This document shows positions 54,972-64,000 of a stretch of DNA of 64,000 bases, piece after piece. How positions within the stretch are numbered: position 1 is the first letter of the stretch; every line of letters begins with the position of its first letter. The position numbers and the translations under genes are program-made. The notes under the pieces are model-generated. The model had not been told where the DNA came from. It saw nothing but the letters and a program-made list of their open reading frames with translations, and did not search any database. The DNA comes from Candidatus Nanopelagicaceae bacterium (GTDB taxonomy: Bacteria > Chloroflexota > Dormibacteria > Aeolococcales > Bog-877). Where the stretch lies: the NCBI GenBank assembly GCA_035531535.1, contig DATKSV010000099.1:340-64339 (forward strand), written 5' to 3'.

Positions 54972-55454
54972 ATGCTTCGGACGCTGCTAGCCGCGGGGGC
55001 ACTGCGAGTGGTTGTCATCTGGGTGGCTTTGGGGATTGCCCTGATTGTGCACGAGGGCTCTCACTACTTGTTGCTGCGACTGGCTGGCCTTCACCCCCGC
55101 CCCTCGTTCCACTTCCCCGGCCTCGGCTGGCGGTTCAGCACCGAAGGCGCCACTCCCCGCCAGCTGGTCAGTATCTGGCTGGTCGGCCCCCTCATGGAGG
55201 GCTTGGTCTGGGCCAGCGCGGCCTGGCTCTTCCCCCCCCAGGCATGGAAGCTGCTGCTGGTGATGGTGGTAGAGATGGGGACCAACCTGCTGCTGCCGGG
55301 CAGCGACGGCCGCCGTGCCTACCGGCTGCTGCGCCGGATCCGGGCCACCGCAGTGGCGGCCGGCTCGGCATTAGCAGTCGGCCCCGCTGGCAGCGGCCTA
55401 CCGTCAGCCAGGGGCCATGCCTGGTCGCACCTGCAGGGGGGCCGTCGCCGCTGA
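54972..55454 (+). CDS. Small membrane metalloprotease, site-2-protease (M50)-like
   Basis: HExxH inside TM1 (LIVHEGSHYLL) and a second membrane motif NLLLPGSDGRRAY resembling the S2P NxxPxxxLDG motif. Only 160 aa. Confidence 0.55.
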   Translation: MLRTLLAAGALRVVVIWVALGIALIVHEGSHYLLLRLAGLHPRPSFHFPGLGWRFSTEGATPRQLVSIWLVGPLMEGLVWASAAWLFPPQAWKLLLVMVVEMGTNLLLPGSDGRRAYRLLRRIRATAVAAGSALAVGPAGSGLPSARGHAWSHLQGGRRR

Positions 55455-55502
55455 CTTCGCGGACCAGACGATGCCGCGCTCTCCCTTTGGCGACGCACAG
55501 GC

Positions 55503-56732
55503 TCAGCCTGGGCCGGGTGCGCTCGCCTCCCGCCTGATCCTCTCCCGGAGCATCCGGCGGCCCAGCAGCAGGGTCGTCGCGCCCAGCGCCGCCTCCCCCG
55601 CCGCCAGCCCCCAGGCTCCCGTATAGCCCACGTGCTCGACCATCACTCCGAACACCAAGGGGCCGAGCACACTACCCAGCCGACCCCCGGTCTGGGTGAT
55701 CCCGGTGGCCCGGGCGGGATGGTGGGGGTGGCTCTGGACGACGGCGAAGTTGAAAAGTCCGTTCCAGCCCCAGCCGATCCCGAAGGCGACCGCGGCGCCC
55801 AGGATGAACAGCCCCGGCAGGCGCAGCCAGGAGCCCACGGCCAGAGCGCCGAAGCCGAGGGCTCCAACTGTGATCATGCGCACCACGAGGAGCAGGTGGC
55901 GGCCGCCACGGCGATCAGCCAGCAGGCCGACCCCCACTCTGACCGCGATGCCGCAGACGCTGACCAGAACCGCCACCAAGCCCGCCCCCACGCTGCTGAG
56001 CCCAGTCGAGACTGCGGCCAGGACCAGGAAGGCGCCCAGCGAGGAGCAGGCGGTCAAGGTCAGGCCGAATCCGATGGCCAGCGCGATCAGGGGCCCGGTC
56101 GGCTCGTGCCGGGCTCGAGGCGCCGCCCGCTGGGCCCCGATCGAGATCCTGGGTCGAGGCACCCACATCGCGGCCGCCAACGCCACCACCGCAGCGCCGG
56201 CAAACGCCCAGCGCCAGCCGACTGTGAGGGCGACGGCGGGCACCGCCAGCCCACCCAGGAGGAAGGCCAGAGGCACGGCCGATTGCTTGATCCCGAAGGC
56301 CACGCCCTGATGGGCAGGGTCGATCCGGCGCGCCAGCACCAGGTTCGATGCGGTCTGACCAGATGCGCCGGCGGCCCCGGCGAGGAAAAGGGCGCCTGCC
56401 AGCTCGGGCCAGGACTCCACCACAGTCGCGATCAGGCCCATGGCGACCGCGCCGGCGATGGCCGAGTAGCGCAGCATCCGGACCCCGCTGAATTGCTCGG
56501 CGAGATTTCCTGAGGGTATGGCGAAAAGGGTGCTGGCGGCATAGGACGCGCCCACCACCAGTCCCAGTTGGGTGGGGGTGAAGCGCAGCTCGGCGCGCAT
56601 CTGGACCGCCAAGGTTCCCACCATGAATGTGGGCAGAGTGATGGCCGTGAAGGCCGCGACCGCAGACCAGAGCACGCGGCCGCCTCGGGAGCGCGAAGGC
56701 GGCTTGGCGGCGGGCAGGGCTTGAGAGTTCAC
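55503..56732 (-). CDS. MFS transporter
   Basis: 409 aa, about 12 TM segments, with an LADRRGGR-type loop between TM8 and TM9. Confidence 0.85.
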   Translation of the reverse strand: MNSQALPAAKPPSRSRGGRVLWSAVAAFTAITLPTFMVGTLAVQMRAELRFTPTQLGLVVGASYAASTLFAIPSGNLAEQFSGVRMLRYSAIAGAVAMGLIATVVESWPELAGALFLAGAAGASGQTASNLVLARRIDPAHQGVAFGIKQSAVPLAFLLGGLAVPAVALTVGWRWAFAGAAVVALAAAMWVPRPRISIGAQRAAPRARHEPTGPLIALAIGFGLTLTACSSLGAFLVLAAVSTGLSSVGAGLVAVLVSVCGIAVRVGVGLLADRRGGRHLLLVVRMITVGALGFGALAVGSWLRLPGLFILGAAVAFGIGWGWNGLFNFAVVQSHPHHPARATGITQTGGRLGSVLGPLVFGVMVEHVGYTGAWGLAAGEAALGATTLLLGRRMLRERIRREASAPGPG

Positions 56733-56922
56733 AGGCGTCTGATTCTGGGCCAGGAAGGAGGTTGGGGGCTGTGCGGACCGCGGTGGCGCTGGGAGGCGCC
56801 GCCGAAGTTTGAGCGCGCGGGACTGCGCCCGCGCGGAGCTCCCAGGGGCGCCAACGTGGGCCCCCGCTCGGTCCGGCTCCCCACTGTCAAAGCTGGCTCC
56901 AGGTCGGCCACAATCGGACGGT

Positions 56923-57504
56923 CTATCCGGGTATGGAGATGGTCATCCGGCCGGACACGGTCGCCCAGAGGACCCGGCACCCGGCGCCCGACGATCGAGG
57001 GCCGTAGTGGGTGAGCCGCGCCCGGAAGGTGCCTATCGGGGATGAATTCGCCGCCCCCGAGATGTAGAGCCGGTCGGTGACCGCAAAGGTCTGGGTGCAG
57101 ATGGCGCCCAACCTCTGGCCTAGGTCCTCCAAGCCTGAGGCAGTGGCACGGAAGTATCCGGTGATGCGCCTACCGGAGCCGGTACGGAGAGTGAAGCTGC
57201 CGCTGTCGATGTAGGCGTACCGCCCCTTTGTGGTGGGCAGGCCGGGGTGAACCACCCGGGCCGCCCAGAAGCCGGAATCACCCCGGTGGCGGGTGTTGAA
57301 ATAGCCGACGAAAGTGGCCACCTGGCAGCCAAGCTGGCCATTTCCCGAGAGCGGGCACGGCACCGCAGCCGGGTAGGCGCTCTCGAAGCCCGACAGGGTC
57401 CCGCTGATCGCGCCAGAAGCCGGACGTGGGAAGGCCCCCGTCACCAGGATTGCCGCAGCGATCACTCCGATCCTGAGCACTCGGCCGACGCCTGACGCCA
57501 TCAC
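56923..57504 (-). CDS. Secreted hypothetical protein
   Basis: Signal peptide MMASGVGRVLRIGVIAAAILVTGAFPRPASGA. No family recognised. Confidence 0.6.
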   Translation of the reverse strand: MMASGVGRVLRIGVIAAAILVTGAFPRPASGAISGTLSGFESAYPAAVPCPLSGNGQLGCQVATFVGYFNTRHRGDSGFWAARVVHPGLPTTKGRYAYIDSGSFTLRTGSGRRITGYFRATASGLEDLGQRLGAICTQTFAVTDRLYISGAANSSPIGTFRARLTHYGPRSSGAGCRVLWATVSGRMTISIPG

Positions 57505-57707
57505 CTGCTTCCCCAGGGGGACGATCGCATAGTGGGGACAGGGTAGAGTTGTGAAGGTGGCTGTGCCCTGCGCCCATCCGGGGGCCTGGCGCGGGCCCTG
57601 GGCTCATGATCGCCGGCAGCGGCCAGGTCCGGCAGTCCGCCGAGGGACCTGGCGGAGTCCCCGGGGCCGAAAGCAGGCACGATCCAGGATTCCCCCATTA
57701 GCATGAA

Positions 57708-58394
57708 GTGGTGCCAGAAACTTCAAGTAGACATTGCAAACTCGCCCGTTGGACGGTCTGGATCGCGCTGGCGACCTCGTCCTTGATGCTGGCCGCTTGC
57801 GGCTCCACCCCGAGCGCCACCAGCCCGCCGGGAGGATCTGCCTCCCCCTCCAGGCCCGCGACCAGCAATGCCGCCGCCGGGGCGCGCGATGGCCTGGATC
57901 TTGCCAAGCTGGGGGTGCTTACCAACTACAGCGCGACGACGACGGACAACGGCCAGTTCATCCAGACCTACCGGGTTTACTCGCCCAGCGATTGGGAGGT
58001 CTTCGAGGGCAAGCCCACCCCGCTCAGCGTCAATGTGAGCGGCTTCACGTACCTTGACGTCCCCGACGTCACCGGTACGGCGGTGACGTACACGTGGCAG
58101 AGGAGCGGCAGCGCCCAGCCCTACGCCCAATCGCCCTACCCGAGCTACGCTGCGGGCTTTGCCGCCCTGACCCACGTCACCGGGGCCAAGTTGGTCCGGG
58201 CCGGGGCGTGCAGCCAGGCGGGCATAGCCGGTCATCTCTGGCATTTCGCCGCCGCCGCCCCGGGAGCGGTGTACCCCCATGTGTCCGCCTGCATCGCGGA
58301 CCAATCGGGTGCCCTCCTGACCTACGACCAGGCGCCTATTCAAACCTTCGCGATCACGGGCGTCAACGACGTTGCGGCGATCCCCGTACCCTAG
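57708..58394 (+). CDS. Lipoprotein of unknown function
   Basis: Signal peptide with lipobox WIALATSSLMLAAC, followed by a Ser/Pro-rich linker. Confidence 0.7.
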   Translation: MVPETSSRHCKLARWTVWIALATSSLMLAACGSTPSATSPPGGSASPSRPATSNAAAGARDGLDLAKLGVLTNYSATTTDNGQFIQTYRVYSPSDWEVFEGKPTPLSVNVSGFTYLDVPDVTGTAVTYTWQRSGSAQPYAQSPYPSYAAGFAALTHVTGAKLVRAGACSQAGIAGHLWHFAAAAPGAVYPHVSACIADQSGALLTYDQAPIQTFAITGVNDVAAIPVP

Positions 58395-58823
58395 CGACGG
58401 CACTGGCGGGGGAATCGGATCGGCCGTCTGACCAGAGACGGCGGACCTAGGGAGACCCGGCTCGCATCACGGAGAGTTGTTCGGGTGCCTCGATGCGGCT
58501 CGCAAGGTCACCGCCGGGACGCTTGGGCGCTGCGCCCCGCCCGCACCTGCGTGCCGACCGTCATGGTGGGCAGCTTCTGGCATTCGCCTGATCGTGCCTA
58601 ATGGCGACCGTGGGCCAACCGGAGGTGCTCGTCGCAGGGCCAGCGCCAGAAGAACGAACAGCATGGGGAAGCCGGCGTTGTGGTGGAGCCGGTTGCCAAG
58701 GTCCAGCAGGGGCCATCCGATGGGGGGCCAGGTCCGTCACAAGGGCCCAATCGATGGCGAGCCGGCGCGGCCCCGCCCGAGGAGCGGTACTGCCTCGACA
58801 ATGGATGGGATGGGCGGCAACCG

Positions 58824-60035
58824 ATGGCGGAGGATCGAGTCTTGACGGAAGTTGTGATCGTGGACGGGGTGCGCAGTCCGGTGGGACGCTTCGGGGGCGG
58901 GCTGGCGTCGGTCCGCCCCGACGACCTGGCCGCCCTGGTTCTTCGTCAGTTGATCGCGCGCAACCCGGTCGAGGCTGCCGACCTTGAGGACGTCTATCTG
59001 GGCTGCACCAATCAGGCGGGCGAGGACAACCGCAACGTGGCCCGGATGGCGGTTCTGCTGGCCGGGCTTCCCTTGGAGGTGGGAGGTTGCACTGTCAATC
59101 GCCTCTGCGGTAGTGGTCTAGAGGCGGTCGCTGATGCCGCTCGGGCCATCCGCGCCGGGGACGGCAGCCTCTTCATCGGCGGAGGCGTCGAGTCGATGAG
59201 CCGAGCTCCGTGGTCGGTGCCCAAGCCGGACCGGCCGCATCCCCGGGGCGAGCGGGTCATGTACGACACCGCTCTGGGCTGGCGCTATGTCAATCCCCAG
59301 ATGGAGGCCATGTACGGTACCGACTCCATGGGTCAGACCGCCGAGAACCTGGCTCAGCAGTACAGGATCGCCAGGAGCGACCAGGACCTCTTCGCGCTCG
59401 CCAGCCATCGCAAGGCGGTGGCCGCCCAAGACGCTGGCCGGTTTGCCGACGAGCTGGTCCCGGTCGCCACCGCTGGCGCGCTGGTCGAGAGGGACGAGGG
59501 TCCTCGCGGCGACACGTCGCTGGAGCGCCTGGGGCAGCTCAAGCCGGTTTTCGCCGCCGGCGGGTCGGTCACGGCCGGCAACTCCAGCCCGCTCAATGAC
59601 GGGGCGGCGGCGCTCCTGCTGGCATCGCAGGAATTTGCAGGAGAGCACCAGCTCCGGCAGCTGGCGCGGATCCGGAGCGTGGCCGTCGCCGGCGTCCCTC
59701 CGAGGATCATGGGAATCGGCCCGGTCCCGGCCACCAGCAAGGCGCTGGAGCGGGCCGGGCTTGCCCTGTCCGACATCGGCCTCATCGAGCTCAACGAGGC
59801 TTTCGCGGCCCAGTCTCTGGCCGTGCTGCGGGAGTGGGGAATGGATCCCGACGACCACCGGCTCAACGTCAACGGCGGCGCGATCGCCCTGGGCCACCCG
59901 GTGGGGTGCTCCGGCAGCCGGATCCTGGTCAGTCTGGTCCACGAGATGCGTCGCCGGGAGGTCCAGTTCGGTTTGGCGACCATGTGCATCGGGGTGGGGC
60001 AGGGGATTGCCATGGTGGTGGAGCGCATGGTTTAG
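58824..60035 (+). CDS. Acetyl-CoA C-acyltransferase (thiolase)
   Basis: VVIVDGVRSPVGRFGG, active-site NRLCGSGLEA and NVNGGAIALGHPVGCSG. Start at ATG 58824. Confidence 0.9.
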   Translation: MAEDRVLTEVVIVDGVRSPVGRFGGGLASVRPDDLAALVLRQLIARNPVEAADLEDVYLGCTNQAGEDNRNVARMAVLLAGLPLEVGGCTVNRLCGSGLEAVADAARAIRAGDGSLFIGGGVESMSRAPWSVPKPDRPHPRGERVMYDTALGWRYVNPQMEAMYGTDSMGQTAENLAQQYRIARSDQDLFALASHRKAVAAQDAGRFADELVPVATAGALVERDEGPRGDTSLERLGQLKPVFAAGGSVTAGNSSPLNDGAAALLLASQEFAGEHQLRQLARIRSVAVAGVPPRIMGIGPVPATSKALERAGLALSDIGLIELNEAFAAQSLAVLREWGMDPDDHRLNVNGGAIALGHPVGCSGSRILVSLVHEMRRREVQFGLATMCIGVGQGIAMVVERMV

Positions 60036-60421
60036 AGCCGGTCCGGTCCCCATCTGGATATCCGGCGAGCTTTTGATCCGATGGCGACCGCGTCGGACCA
60101 GGCCCCGGCCGGAGGTGACCGCCACGCTCTGGCCGGACGTTTGGGAAGGCGGGCGAGTTCGACTGGACTTGGGCCCAGTCGCAAATTTTGACTACCGCGA
60201 GTTCGGCCTGACTAAATCACGCGGCCCGGGGGACCCCGCCCTTCTGTCTGCAATCTCCGCCCCCGCGGAAGTCGGGACGAACTTAACGAACGTCCAGCCC
60301 TCCGTCCAGCCCCGTCCTGAGCCGGTAGGGAGATGTTGCGCCTGGTCCTGACGGCGCCACCTCTCCCGTGGTGGGCGCTGCCCCTGCGCCGGCTGGCTGC
60401 GTCTGCCAAACTAGTGGCGAC

Positions 60422-60874
60422 GTGGAATCCCCGGAAATCGAGAACCTGATCCTGGCCAATCACGTGGAGGCGGTAAACGGCCTTCTCTACGTGTCCGGAG
60501 GGGGCTGGACCGATCACTGGCGGCCCCAGGCGCCCCAACCAGGGCCCCCGGTTGTCAGCCACCTCGGCGTGGCGGTGACGGTCGTGATCCCGGCTGCGGC
60601 GCCCCAGGTGCCCCAGCAGCTGAGCGTGGGTATCGAGGACCAGCAGGGCCACCAGGTGGCGGGGATGCAGACGATGCTGAATCAGGCCCGCCCCCCAGGT
60701 CTGCCTCAGGGCCAGGCCCAACGGACGGTCCTGGCGCTCTCCTTCAACATCGTCTTCCCAGCAGCCGGCGAGTATCGCGTGGTCGCTCGGCTCGGGATCT
60801 CGCCCCCCCGTGAGCTGCCGTTCCGGGTCCATGACGTGGTCGCCGGAGAGCCCGGGGTGCCTCCCGTAAATTAG
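60422..60874 (+). CDS. Hypothetical protein
   Basis: Protein-like from VESPEIENLILANHVEAVNGLLYVSGGGW onward. The upstream part of ORF 60368 is less convincing, so the start is uncertain. Confidence 0.5.
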   Translation: MESPEIENLILANHVEAVNGLLYVSGGGWTDHWRPQAPQPGPPVVSHLGVAVTVVIPAAAPQVPQQLSVGIEDQQGHQVAGMQTMLNQARPPGLPQGQAQRTVLALSFNIVFPAAGEYRVVARLGISPPRELPFRVHDVVAGEPGVPPVN

Positions 60875-60886
60875 GCCGGGCGGACC

Positions 60887-62311
60887 CTAAAAGCGGCCGG
60901 GTAGGTGGAGGTCGTCACCGGGGTTGATCCAGCGCGCCCGGCCCAGCCTCTCCACCATGTCCTCCGCGCTCTCAGGGCCCCAGGAGTGTTGCGGGTAGAC
61001 CTCAGGGTGGCCGTCGGCCTCCCAGGCCTCGATCAGCCCTCCGACTATCTCCCACGAGCGGTCTATCTCGGCGCCACTGGGGAACACGGTATGCACTCCG
61101 GCCAGGACCTCGGAGAGCACGTGCTCGTAGGCGTCGGGAAGCTCGGATTGAGAGAGCCGGCCGTACTCCAGGTCCATTCCTGCCGGCACCATCTCGAAGC
61201 GAGTGCCGGGCCGCTTGGCGCCGATCCGCAGGGTGATGCCCTCGTGGGGCTGGATTCGAATCTGGAGCTGGGTGGGAATCGGCCGTTGGCGGAGGCCCTC
61301 GAGCCGCAGGGAAGGTGAGTCTCGAAACCGGATGACCACCTGGGTGCTGCGCCGGCGCAGGGCCTTGCCCGTACGTATGAAGAACGGAACTCCGTCCCAG
61401 CGCCAGTTCTCCACGCTCAGCATGGCGGCGGCGTAGGTCTCGCGCCGGGATCCGGGGGCCACGCCCCCCTCCTTGAGGTAGCCCTGGTACTGACCGCGCA
61501 CCGAGGTCTGCGGGTCGAGCGGTTGCACGGCCCGCAGCAGCTCCAGCTTGGCCTTGCGAATGTCATTGGCGTCGAAGGTGGTGGGTGGCTCCATAGCCAC
61601 CAGGGCCAGCAGCTGGAGGACATGGTTCTGGACCATGTCCCGCACCGCCCCCGCCTGATCGTAGTATCCCGCCCTGGTTCCGATCCCCTCCTCCTCAGCG
61701 GCCGTGATCTGTACGCTCTGGATCAGGTTGCGGTTCCAACTGGCTTCGAAGATGGCATTGCTGAAGCGGAAGGCGAGCACGTTCTGGACCGTATCTTTGG
61801 CCAGATAGTGGTCGATCCGGTAGATCTGCTCCTCGCTGAAAGCCTCCTGCAGCTGCCGGTTGAGCTCCCTGGAACTGTCCAGATCGTGGCCGAACGGCTT
61901 CTCCACCACCACCCGCCGGCTGGGGTCTCCCCGCTGGTTGAGGTGGGCCGCCGCCAACCCCGCCAGGATTGGAAGGAACACGGTGGGCGGCGTGGCCAGG
62001 TAGTAGACGACCTGGCTGGCTGTGGCCTGGCAGGTGGCCAGCTGGTTGTAGGCGGCGGGGTCGGAGTAATCCAGGCGCACCCACTCCGAGTCCGCCGCGA
62101 GCCTGGCCGTCTTGGGATCAGCCGCCAGCTCGGCCTGGAAGGTGGCGGTGTCCCAGGCCGAGCGCCCAACCCCCACCACCCGAACCTGCTCCCGCACCTC
62201 GCCGCGTTCGCTGGCCGTCTGGAGGGCTGGCAGCACCTTGCGGCGGGCGAGGTCGCCGGACGCCCCGAAGACGACCAAGACGGTGGTGCTGTCGGCGAGA
62301 TTGGAACTCAC
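60887..62311 (-). CDS. zwf: Glucose-6-phosphate dehydrogenase
   Basis: VVFGASGDLARRKVLPAL and the signature RIDHYLAKDTVQNVLAFRFSN. Confidence 0.9.
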   Translation of the reverse strand: MSSNLADSTTVLVVFGASGDLARRKVLPALQTASERGEVREQVRVVGVGRSAWDTATFQAELAADPKTARLAADSEWVRLDYSDPAAYNQLATCQATASQVVYYLATPPTVFLPILAGLAAAHLNQRGDPSRRVVVEKPFGHDLDSSRELNRQLQEAFSEEQIYRIDHYLAKDTVQNVLAFRFSNAIFEASWNRNLIQSVQITAAEEEGIGTRAGYYDQAGAVRDMVQNHVLQLLALVAMEPPTTFDANDIRKAKLELLRAVQPLDPQTSVRGQYQGYLKEGGVAPGSRRETYAAAMLSVENWRWDGVPFFIRTGKALRRRSTQVVIRFRDSPSLRLEGLRQRPIPTQLQIRIQPHEGITLRIGAKRPGTRFEMVPAGMDLEYGRLSQSELPDAYEHVLSEVLAGVHTVFPSGAEIDRSWEIVGGLIEAWEADGHPEVYPQHSWGPESAEDMVERLGRARWINPGDDLHLPGRF

Positions 62312-62412
62312 TTGACAATTGTGACAGCGGCGCTCTCCGCTCAGCTCTGCCGACCGCCGCCGAGCGTGTCGGGAGTGGCCCCGCCCGTAACGATCTAAAC
62401 TCGGGCTTGTCC

Positions 62413-63393
62413 ATGCAGAGGCTTTCCCTGGGTCGAACCGGCCTGTCGGTCACCCCGCTCGGGCTTGGCCTGGCGGCCATCGGCCGGCCCGCCTATATCA
62501 ACCTCGGCCGGGAGGGAGACCTGCCCTCGGAGCGCGGCCCAGAGGCGCTGCGCCAGCGAGCCCACCAACTGCTGGACCGCGCCTACCAGCTCGGTGTGCG
62601 CTACTTCGACGTGGCCAGATCTTACGGCCTGGCCGAGGACTTCTTGGCCTCCTGGCTGCGGCTCCGGGAGCCGCTGCCGGAGCCGGTCGTGTGTGGCTCG
62701 AAATGGGGTTACACGTATGTCGGGGAGTGGCGTATGGACGCGCCCGTCCATGAGCTGAAGGATCATTCCCTGGCCACTCTGCAGCGCCAGTACCAGGAGA
62801 GCCGGGATCTGCTGGGACACCACCTCCAGCTCTACCAGGTGCACTCGGCGACAGTCGAGAGCGGGGTGCTGGAGAATTCCGAAGTCCTGGCCGAGCTGGT
62901 GCGGATGAGGTCCGATGGCATCGCGATCGGGCTTACTGTCAGCGGGCCCAGCCAGGCAGAGGTGATCGACACGGCGCTGGCGGTCAGTGTGGATGGCGTC
63001 AACCCCTTCTCAACCGTGCAGGCGACCTGGAATCTGCTCGAGCCTTCGGCGGGGGCCGCCTTGGGGCGCGCCCACGCTGCCGGTTGGGGGGTTCTGGTCA
63101 AGGAGGCGCTGGCCAACGGCCGGCTTCTGGCTTCGGATGCCCCCGGCCTGGCGGGCCTGCGCGAGCTGGCGCGGGACCGGGGAGTCGGGGCCGATGCGCT
63201 CTGCCTGGCTTCGGTTTTGGCCCAGCCGTGGGCGGACGTGGTGCTCTCCGGGGCTGTCACGGTGGGCCAGGTGGAGGGCAACGCCGCGGCGGCGACGATC
63301 GGCCTTTCCCAAGCGGATCTGGATGGGCTGGATGGGGTCCGGGAGCCCGCGTCTCAGTACTGGTCGCGGCGGCGAGCTCTGTCCTGGAGCTGA
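62413..63393 (+). CDS. Aldo/keto reductase
   Basis: MQRLSLGRTGLSVTPLGLGLAAIG...YFDVARSYG...GSKWG...LYQVH. Start at ATG 62413. The upstream 148 codons of ORF 61969 are antisense to zwf. Confidence 0.85.
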   Translation: MQRLSLGRTGLSVTPLGLGLAAIGRPAYINLGREGDLPSERGPEALRQRAHQLLDRAYQLGVRYFDVARSYGLAEDFLASWLRLREPLPEPVVCGSKWGYTYVGEWRMDAPVHELKDHSLATLQRQYQESRDLLGHHLQLYQVHSATVESGVLENSEVLAELVRMRSDGIAIGLTVSGPSQAEVIDTALAVSVDGVNPFSTVQATWNLLEPSAGAALGRAHAAGWGVLVKEALANGRLLASDAPGLAGLRELARDRGVGADALCLASVLAQPWADVVLSGAVTVGQVEGNAAAATIGLSQADLDGLDGVREPASQYWSRRRALSWS

Positions 63394-63556
63394 TGCCGTC
63401 CAGGAGCCGGATCGTCCCATCTGGTCGCGGATCCCGGCCCTGGAGCCGAGCGGTGCTTCGACGGGGCGGCTGGGGCGCAGGCGTGATGGGCTGCGGTGCC
63501 TGAGCTGGGGCTCTGTCGGCCAACGGCAACCGGCGGTCGGGCCGCTGCTGGAACCG

Positions 63557-64000
63557 TCAGGCGGTCGGCTGCGGTTGGACCGGGGGCGCGAGCTGCTGGC
63601 GTCCCGCTCGGTACGTCGGCTCGGCTGAGGGGCTGCTCGGAACAGCGTCCTTCACCACGGTGATCCTACGGTGACGCTGGGTGGCGCTGAAGGTCAGCTG
63701 GTAGCGGACGCCGGCGGCGACGGCGAAGCTGGTGCTGGCTCGGTCACGATCCAGCCGGGAAACCCTGGTTGAGGCCTCCACAATTGACCTCAGAGCCAGC
63801 CCGGCGCAGTTGGGCACACTCACCTGGGTGCTCACCGCGCTGATCACGGTGGCGCTGCGGCAGCGACCGCGGTCGTAGTGGTAGATCACCAGCCCCTGAG
63901 CGTTGGCCAGGGTTCGGGCGGTGACCTGTCTGCCCACTTGGTAGGTCCAGCCACCTGTCGGGAGCCAGGCCGCCTGCCCCTGGCCGCGCTCCTGTCCGAT
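63557..64000 (-). CDS. Hypothetical protein, 5' end outside the window
   Basis: The reading frame stays open from 63937 to the window edge (…IGQERGQGQAAWLPTGGWTYQVGRQVTART…). Stop at 63557. Confidence 0.45.
   Translation of the reverse strand: MGQERGQGQAAWLPTGGWTYQVGRQVTARTLANAQGLVIYHYDRGRCRSATVISAVSTQVSVPNCAGLALRSIVEASTRVSRLDRDRASTSFAVAAGVRYQLTFSATQRHRRITVVKDAVPSSPSAEPTYRAGRQQLAPPVQPQPTA

Noticed and set aside
59118-60351. ORFs 59118-60125(-) and 59287-60351(+).
   Set aside because: They are antisense or out of frame relative to the thiolase gene, which has both active-site signatures.

Overview
GC-rich bacterial chromosomal window. The gene content looks Actinomycetota-like, but that is inference only, since no searches could be run. 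About 75 features are supported. I found no rRNA genes, no CRISPR array and no prophage structural genes.

(1) 1-10.7 kb is a decayed accessory region packed with toxin-antitoxin (TA) and defence-type genes. It holds two broken AAA_14/DUF4143 ATPase genes. Two ~303-bp IS256-transposase relics bracket an XRE-HTH/AbiEii-like nucleotidyltransferase pair. It also holds hipBA, two vapBC-type pairs and a possible HEPN-motif gene (RNAFEH) split by a 10-bp tandem repeat. A tyrosine recombinase with a long C-terminal extension sits at the right edge.

(2) 11-40 kb is mostly chromosomal. It encodes a 961-aa secreted IPT/TIG protein with three tandem ~120-aa repeats, Usp plus an ArsB/NhaD-type permease, and two GT2 glycosyltransferase genes, one fused to a methyltransferase. 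It also encodes two aldo/keto reductases, a third vapBC pair and a translationally coupled EAL and GGDEF gene pair. Further genes are a thioesterase, MarR plus MMPL, a TPP riboswitch driving an NCS1 permease-thiD operon, a CPBP protease, a nucleotidyltransferase/phosphomannomutase fusion and a small Lrp/AsnC-domain protein.

(3) 40255-48115 is a ~7.8-kb integrative island in tRNA-Gly(CCC), bounded by 69-bp direct repeats. Its integrase is frameshifted and it keeps FtsK/SpoIIIE-like and Rep-like remnants. It also carries an ECF sigma/anti-sigma pair and two TA pairs. The most interesting item in the window is here: an uncharacterised, tightly coupled three-gene operon. Its products are a TIGR04255-like protein, an HTH plus DUF2384-like antitoxin-type protein, and a 255-aa unknown protein with a nucleotidyltransferase-like GS..DxD signature.

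(4) 48-64 kb holds a decayed ABC transporter beside an intact PadR gene with twin palindromic operators, and an ArsR-glutaredoxin-orphan groES cluster. It also holds an ECF sigma/anti-sigma/mini site-2-protease triad, an MFS transporter, a thiolase, zwf and another aldo/keto reductase.

Many long ORFs in the six-frame track are antisense artefacts of the high GC content and are not called.
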